45,287 nt of DNA from positions 1 through 45,287 of the forward strand of contig KZ538852.1 of NCBI GenBank assembly GCA_000934665.2, written 5' to 3'. The notes under the pieces were generated by a model. It saw nothing but the letters and a program-made list of their open reading frames with translations. It was not told where the DNA came from and searched no databases. The DNA is from Catajapyx aquilonaris. Taxonomy: Eukaryota. Shown here piece after piece: positions 38,033 to 45,287 of the stretch. Position 1 is the first letter of the stretch, and every line of letters starts with the position of its first letter. The position numbers and the translations under genes are program-made.

Positions 38033-38162
38033 AGATAATCAAGATGTTCCATGAATTTCATCGCATACTACAAAATGTTCAGATCCGTAACAATGGCCAT
38101 CACGTTTTCTGGCTATTTGAGTGCACGGCTATGGAAAAAAAGGAACAAGACATAATGACTAG
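38033..38162 (+). CDS. Dnmt3: DNMT3-like coding exon 7: motifs V-VII (IIKMFHEFHRILQ...HVFWLFECTAMEKKEQDIMTR)
   Basis: cf. DNMT3A RLFFEFYRLL...[22 protein letters not shown]; ttgCAG acceptor, AG|GTGAGT donor; phase 1 to 2; not in the ORF track. Confidence 0.95.
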
Positions 38163-38884
38163 GTGAGTTAATGATGCAAAGGTTTGCACCTGAATGTTTT
38201 CTGGGAAGATATGAAGTTTTGTTGCCGAAATGAGGAACGTACCACTCCCGTGAGCTTGGAGTGGGCTTATCATTGCTTATGTAAGTTGAATTCATACGTT
38301 TCTCTTTCCTGCCTTCGTCATGCCCAGCTAGCTGCCAATTTTCATTGAGGTGCCACTTTACGAGACGTTTGATAATGCATCCACTTGGCAGCATCTTGAT
38401 TCCACAATATTCCAAATTGAACCATTGTTTACTCTTTACACCTATTACCCACAGCAACTTCTAGCATAATTTTTTAAAGTTGAACTAGAAACTTAGTAAG
38501 ATACTGTAGTTACTTCAGGGAAGTTGGTGGAAGCATGTTTCATCACATGGTTGAATGGTTGCACAATCTCCTTTAGGCCAGGTGCAAATGGGGTAATTTG
38601 GGAGTAACTTGTTGTCTGACCCCCTGCCTGAGCATTTGGGCTTCCCCCCCCCACATTTCTTGCTTGCAAGAAATTAGTCTCTGGCAGTTGGTGTCTCCTG
38701 GCAGGAAACAAGTTACTCCCAAAATCCCTCGTTTGTGCCCATCCTGAGACACTGTATATACAGTAATGACATTTTCATAAGGGAAGATGAGAAATGAAAG
38801 CAGCCTTCCACACAAAGATGTCTCTGAGATTAAATGTTGCAGTAAAATGATTATGCACAGATGTGGCAAGGGTATCAAGCAAGC

Positions 38885-38956
38885 GCTCTTGTAGCTTAGT
38901 GGCAGAGCAAACACTTGATTCAAGTGTTGACCTGGGTTCAATTCCTGGCAGGGGCC
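38885..38956 (+). pseudogene. tRNA-like cloverleaf (tRNA pseudogene or SINE head)
   Basis: Acceptor GCTCTTG/CAGGGGC, D arm GCTT/GAGC with AGTGG, T arm CTGGG-TTCAATT-CCTGG; non-canonical anticodon arm. Confidence 0.65.
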
Positions 38957-39330
38957 GTGCTATACAATATTACTCCGTCACATCTTGCTATGTTACTGAT
39001 CCTGTCCATAACCTTGAACACTTACTTGAAAGAAGTGTGTGTAAATCATAACTTGATGTGAAGAGTTGTTGTATATCTAGTGAAAAATTGTAATCTGCAT
39101 TTTTGGATAATAATATCAATACAGTTTGATTGCTTGCTTCTGGAATGCTCTTCATCACTAATTCAATCAGCACTATATAATTATGAGGCATTCCTCGTCA
39201 AGCGGAACACCTTCCTACAAATCTTTTCCGATTTTGACCAAATTCGAGTATGTTGTGGTGCCCATGCATGTACGTGTGTCTGTAACCAAGTTTGTTTCAC
39301 TCTACGATGTCCATTTGTCCATTTGTCCCA

Positions 39331-39565
39331 AGGTTGTGGGTTCGAACCCGGCCGAGGTCGGTGACTTTTCTCCGGGTGGTAGAAAAGTGAGAGTGCGCCT
39401 TCCTCCGGAGGGGAAGTAAAGCCGTTGGTCCTGTGTGCTTGTGACATTGCGCGAGTGCACGTTAAAGATCCCCAGAGTGGCCAAATTTCCAGGAGGAGGA
39501 CCACCCCCTGGCGTCGGTGTTGAGCCTTAGAGGCAGAAATAGGCAGACGTTAAGCCCCACTGAAC
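39331..39565 (+). mobile_element. 5'-truncated tRNA-derived SINE family 5
   Basis: B box GGTTCGAACCC then ggaggggaagtaaagccgttggtcc...gcacgttaaagatcccc, a core that resembles arthropod SINEs. Confidence 0.7.
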
Positions 39566-40756
39566 CTAGGTGTAGGAGGTGAAAGTAATTCACAATTAGA
39601 GGACACCCCTAGCCTTTAGTGGTCCTTGCAAGAGGGTTCAATGCACAAGTGAGACAAGGAGTTATGATTACAGATCTGATAGATCTGATATCAGTGAAGT
39701 CAAAGGTCAGCTTGATGGGCTTTGTAGACAACTCACTAATTTTTAACAAAGCCTAATATTGCAACAAGCTGTAATGCCACATTCTATCCAAAATTATGTA
39801 ATTTTTGTTGGTAATGACAATTTGATGTACCGGCTTAATTTGAAAGATATGCTACTGACTACTGACTACCCTGAATTGCAGTAAAAGTTTGTGAAAACTT
39901 TTAGGGGCAATATTAAATTTTAACATTGCTAAATTGCATTAATACTTGTAATGTCAAAAGTACCCACACTAATTTGTGCATACTGAAGGGATCATTATTA
40001 CAGGAATATTTTTTTTTTCAGTTTGGAAATAAATTTAGTGAAGTCGTGCTTTAAAAGTGATAATATCCTCCCGAGACCTGAGAAGAATTTTTAATGCAAT
40101 GTCAGTTCCTATTGCATTTTCTGAAAATTTTCCCAATAAGAAATGAGAAAAAAATTTAAGTTTTAAAAACTGAACTGTATAATGCAAAGCACACTTCCTT
40201 ATGGGTGTATAGGTACAGGCACTTAAAGAAATGCCACAACCCATTCAGCTAAAAATAATAATTTCGAATGTCCATTTAAATGGGCATTTGGTCTCTGGAA
40301 GAAAAGAAAATTACCAGTTCTCTACAGCAACAAAGATTGTCCCAGACACATCTTTTCGTATTTCCCAATCCACATTCCTTGAGAATCCCAGGACATTCAC
40401 TGGATTACGAAAATGGCACTCTCAATATGAGTAAAAAAATAAAACTTATCAGATGAGCGCCTAGCTTCAGCAGCGGAATCTGCCATTTTCATAAGTGATT
40501 CAATTTTTGGGGCCAAATTCAGATATTCAACACTTGGTGGCTACACCTATTGAGGCCAGATTGTAATCATGGGATACCAACAGATTACAGTTCTGTTGGC
40601 ATCACTAGTTGGCGCCAAAAAAATTCATTAGCTGATGTCGACACCAGGTCTCAGGAGGATATTACAAGTTGCCCTTGCCTTCCATACAATAGGCCAGGGC
40701 TATTCAACTAGTTTATTCCAAGGGCCAGTATTTACCTTTCCTGGACCATTACAGGG

Positions 40757-40815
40757 CTCTCTCTCTTTCTCTCTCTCTCTCTCTNNNNNNNNNNNNNNNN
40801 NNNNNNNNNNNNNNN
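40757..40815. repeat. (CT)n microsatellite running into an assembly gap
   Basis: ctct repeats followed by an N run at 40785-40815. Confidence 0.9.
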
Positions 40816-42774
40816 CCGGGGTACATAATATGTTGAATTTGGTGTCAGTCAACATATGCAGAAGTGATTGAAAGTGGAGGGATAATTATCAAATATCCTT
40901 ATGGGGAGCCTTGGGAGCCCATTTGTAAGTGCAGACCGCAGGAAATCATACTGCAATAAGTAAGTAGGCCAGTATCAAAACCAGGCTACCTATTTCAGAA
41001 CTAAAATTCCAGGAAAGGGGAATTTATGATTTTGCATTTTTTTTTTTAACGGCCCAGGGAAAAGTAACATGTTCATTATTATTATTATGCTCTGCCATGT
41101 CTCCTTTCACATATCCAGAGCATGGAAGTCATGATATATGTATAAACAAAATCATAATGATAAATTGAAAATATATTATGATACCCTGGTTGTGAAGCAG
41201 CCAAGGAAGATTTCCTATACTTTGTTCAAGGCAGGTTGATAATGCAGGGCAATGCTAAAAGCTCTTCAAAACGCAAATTTTAATAGCATAAGTGATGCAT
41301 AATGAAAGTCGCAATGAAAAGCGATAATTTGTCATCCAAAGTCGTCTTCATTACATTGGTTTATTTCCATATAACTGTCTAATTTATCTTTCAATCAACT
41401 GGTTTTAAGTAGTTACTAAAGGCAGGTTCAGACACTGGGTGATTTTGCTACGTCCATACAAATTTCGCATTTATTTTAAATGATAAATAGGCAGACAATT
41501 AAATTGCACTTTTGTGGAACGATGGTATTTAGCCTGGACTACCAATTCCGTTGCCAACTAATTTTTGGATAATTTCAAAGATAGATTGGTTGTGATAATC
41601 ATCATCATCGCCATCACCATCGCGGCATTTCCCGATAAAGCGATGCAGGGAGAGCAAGGTAACCCAACATATGAACTAAATTAAAACTTTCCAGGTGTAC
41701 ACCTGAGCACGGGGTATGAAAATAAAATAAATAAATAAATAAATAAATAAAACTAAATTAAAACTAAATAAACCAATAAACAACCCGTCCCACCCCTCAC
41801 CCCTCTGGTTGTGATAATGACCTACTAATTTAAGTATAGTAAGTACCCGTTTTACGGCGCTCCATTTCATATCCGCCGTTTCATATTAACCCAGGTTTGA
41901 AAATGACATGTTAAAAAATTGTAGATGAAAAATGGTTAAAAATTTGACGATAACAATGCAATCTGATCATAAACACATCACTGCAACACTTCTGGGTCCA
42001 AACACACGACCATAAAGGGCTCTTTTTTGTTTTTCGTGGTGCCTTGTGGTGCCTTGTGGTGGGGTCTATTGATAAATACAGTACTGCCAGGTTGTTAAAA
42101 TTAAGTACTGTCTGAGGGAAATTTTTGGAAATTTTTGGAACCTATTTCATTTACTTCCACATTATAATAGGCTATTGTCTCATTTTACTCCGTTTCACTT
42201 TTCGCCGTATTTTGCTGGAACCAATTTATGGCGTAAAACGGGTACTACCTGTAGGCCTACTGCAGGAAGTACTGCACAACCGACACCATTTCCTTCTGCA
42301 ATAGTAGTGGAAGACCAGGGAAGACCCTCGCGAAGCACAGGTTTGCTGCTGGCGGGGCTGACAGGGTGCCCAGTGTTGGATTCTCAGCCCCCAACGCATA
42401 TGGGAAAGTGCTATATGAGCTGGATCTACTGGAATATGACCAGTGAATAAGGAAAATGGCGTCCTTCAATCTCTTGAACCAATAAGAACACGTTATTTAC
42501 ATCCATTACTATGCAGCCATCATATTGTTGTCAACAATATGGAAAACGGAAAAACGCGGAATTTTATGGGGGCTTCCAAACATTGCGGATTGTGGACTTT
42601 TCCTGGACTCAGGGAAGCATAAGACATAGGTGTGAAAAATTTCAGTGCTCTCAGGACCTGGGAAGTGGGTTAAGTAGGCGTGCATGTAAGGCATCGGTGT
42701 AAAAAATTTCAGTCCTCTCAGAGGTGTGGAAGTGCGTCAGGTAGCCGTGACATACATACAAAGATTCTGCTATA

Positions 42775-43308
42775 TGGGGTGTAAATGAATTCAGCCGACA
42801 AACTTGTAGGGGTAATAGAGGGGACCAAGACAAACATATTTGACATAGGAAACCGTGTCCGGAAACGTCATCTAGAGGGGGTTCATAGACAAGGAACGGG
42901 TGCGCTCAGACGCGTCAGGCTCGCGGTGTTAGCGAGCGGACCGTTTAGTTGCTAGGTGGCGGGCGGATTGTACACGACTTTGCATTTCGCCATAACCTGG
43001 CAACAACAGAGTTGTTGTTTATTATCTGCGCGCTACCTAGCATGCTGACTTTACTTGCTAGGTGGCTCTGTTGTTGCCAGGTTATGGTGAATTGCAAAGT
43101 TGTGTACAATCCGCCCGCCACCTAGCAACTAAACGGTCCGCTCGCTAACGCCGCCAGCCTGACGGGTCTGAGCGCACCCGTTCCTTGTCTATGAACCCCC
43201 TCTAGATGGCGTTTCCGGACACGGTTTTCTATGTCAAATATGTTTGTCTTGGTCCCCTCTATTACCCCTACAAGTTTGTAAGTAAGTGTTGAATTCATTT
43301 ACACCCTG
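42775..43308. mobile_element. Near-perfect palindromic Tc1/mariner-type MITE
   Basis: TA flanks; TIR (C/T)(A/G)GGGTGTAAATGAATTCA; ~235-bp arms with few mismatches around a ~55-nt loop. Confidence 0.9.
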
Positions 43309-43860
43309 TATATATAGAGATTATTATTGTATTTGAAAAAAAAAATTATTGGAACTCGCGGCCTCCCCTAGGCAAGTGCCTACTGTGCCTAATGGGAAAT
43401 GCGGTGCTGATGCTTACATCTCATCGAAGACACCTTAACTGCCTTAAGACGGGTTGTTCGTAAACCAGGGACTTCCTGTACTGAAAATGAAATATTTTCA
43501 GTGTTGCTAAAGTATTTTAGATAAATGATATAATATGCAAGTAACAGTGGTCCCCTCTTTGCTCCTGGAACTACATTGACAAAATCAGTTGATGCAAGAA
43601 ACTTTGACAAGACGAGGTATTGGTTTGACATATTGTAGTGCTTCACGATGAGGCGTAAGAGACACCACAAAATCACCCAGGGAAACACGCCGGGGGAAAA
43701 GGTAAAACCACCACTGTGGACATTTATTCAGGACAATAGGTACAGCACATCCGTCCAGGAGGAAGGTAGAACAAGAACTGATTTACATTCAAATCAACAA
43801 TCACAACTTCCTGGCAACCAGGGCAACAGACAACAGCCAGGTTGCCAGGACACTACAATA

Positions 43861-44203
43861 TAGGAAGTCCCTGGTTTACGAACGGGGTTACATTTCTGAA
43901 AATGTCCGCAAGTCGGATTTGCATGTAACTTGTATCTCCGAGGAACAGCCCATATATACAGCATAAAGATGCTGTTCCAATGAACCGCTTATGTCATGTG
44001 TGTTTGCTTACATGCACAGAAGAACTTAGTTTCCCAATGCTTTATTAATTATACATGATTTACATTGAACTTGGTGTTGGTCAACATACGCAGAAGTGAT
44101 TTAAAGTTTAGGAAATCATCCTTATGAAGAGCTTTGGGAACTCTTTCATAAGTAGGCCTACAGATCACCATAGGTCGGGTTGTTTGTAAACCGGGACGAC
44201 CTG
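43861..44203. mobile_element. Tigger/pogo-like MITE
   Basis: TA-flanked taggaagtccctggtttacgaac ... gtttgtaaaccgggacgacctg; a further end of the same family at ~43450-43480. Confidence 0.7.
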
Positions 44204-44281
44204 TAATACTTCTCAATTGCTGCAAGGAAACAATGGAAGTTGCACTGTTTGTGAGATTTTATTTATTTATTTCGCATTTAG

Positions 44282-44747
44282 GTTCCTGGAATGCGACCCC
44301 GTAACTCTGGATCCAGCGCTGATCCCCAATACATTCTTTGGGCGTTCATTTTGGGGCAACATTCCTGGATTGCGGGCAACACTGGCCACAGAGAAGTTGG
44401 CAAAGCGACTTTCTCTTCAGGAGTTCCTTGTTGGAAGTTCCAAGCCCAGTGCAGCGGAGAGCTGCATGCTGCTCTCTCTCCCTAATCCAACAGGAAGTAC
44501 TTCCAGCAATGGAATGTATTTCCCTGCCTCCACTGCAGAGATGAAGTCCAATGCCCTGTATCCCATGCAGTGGTTCAGTGAGATTGTGACTGCCTATGGT
44601 ATGGACAGCCAGTTGGCGACCCTGAATATGCTCTCACCTGGGACATGCAGGAAACTTCTCCACAGAGCCTCCAGTGCCCTGGTCACTGCTCATATCTTGA
44701 GAACTCTCACTCACTTCTTTACCTGCGTGAATGATGACAAACTCTAG
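44282..44747 (+). CDS. Dnmt3: DNMT3-like coding exon 8: motif VIII, TRD, motifs IX-X and stop
   Basis: RFLECDPVTLD...RSFWGNIPG...LSLQEFL...RKLLHRASS..VTAHILRTLTHFFTCV, cf. DNMT3A RFLESNPVMID...RYFWGNLPG...LELQECL...QRLLGRSWS..VIRHLFAPLKEYFACV; ttTAG acceptor, phase 2. Confidence 0.95.
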
Positions 44748-44919
44748 GTGAGTCTAGGTATTTTCCACTTTTGGCCTGTCTGCATGCCAATGGGGAACTA
44801 GCCTTGGTCTGGGATTTGGGATTTTTGTTCATAACTAGCTAGCCCATGCCTGTAAACATACATTCCATCATGCTGTTGCATCAAAATGACATTACAGGAT
44901 AAATTACGGCACATTTAAA

Positions 44920-45287
44920 AGTGCCTTCAAAATTGGCGGGAAAAACAGAGCAACAGAGTGGTGCCAATCGAAAGGGTACACTGAAATGCCTGGTTGACTG
45001 CGAGATATGAGGAATTTGACTTTGAATTAACCGCGGACACGACGGAAAGCATTCGCAAGGCGGCTGTAGGCCATCGAGGTGGCCTTTATGTGCCTAATTC
45101 GGGAGACAGATATTTCCGACCTGGTGGCATCACTGCCATGTACAAAGCGGTTTGAGCGGCTTAGAGTAAACACTCGCCCGTTACCTGGCAACTAACAAGG
45201 GAAGTGTCTGTAGGGCCATCGGCCAATCGGCCCGAAAATGACACTAGGGGTAAATCGCAGGCCAGAAATTCATTGGTGAAAGTAAAA
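44920..45287. promoter_or_regulatory. CpG-rich promoter-like region with E2F/CHR-like and CCAAT motifs
   Basis: - strand TTTTTCCCGCCAATTTTGAA at 44926-44945; CCAAT at 44964 and 45223; TTTGAA at 45021. Confidence 0.45.

Noticed and set aside
24510..44747. DNMT3-like gene as a pseudogene or as an ATRX-type ADD gene
   Set aside because: All exons are open with canonical, phase-matched splice sites, and the ADD is followed by a C5-MTase fold rather than a SNF2 helicase

Overview
Eukaryotic, repeat-rich genomic DNA, probably from an arthropod/insect (inferred from tRNA-derived SINEs, mariner/pogo/piggyBac-type MITEs, a Lep1-like Helitron and an RTE-type LINE; the species cannot be determined). 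The only well-supported protein-coding gene is a + strand, 8-coding-exon DNMT3-family gene (ATG 24510, stop 44747; 2778 nt, 925 aa). All seven introns are GT-AG with matching phases and the spliced frame is open. The protein has a ~485-aa low-complexity N-terminus with no visible PWWP domain, an ADD zinc finger with all 12 Cys, and a full-length C5-methyltransferase fold. SAM-binding motifs I and II are kept, but the catalytic motifs are rewritten: motif IV GSPC->NIPY, motif VI ENV->ECT, motif VIII RxR->FGR, motif X GRSW->HRAS. The most parsimonious reading is an independently evolved invertebrate DNMT3L-like pseudo-enzyme/H3K4me0 reader. However, NIPY resembles the amino-methyltransferase motif IV and the new motif-VI Cys resembles the RNA m5C/m5U nucleophile, so altered chemistry is worth testing. 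The rest of the window is nested transposon debris plus CpG-rich promoter-like patches near 9.0-9.5 kb, 14.1-14.7 kb and 44.9-45.3 kb.
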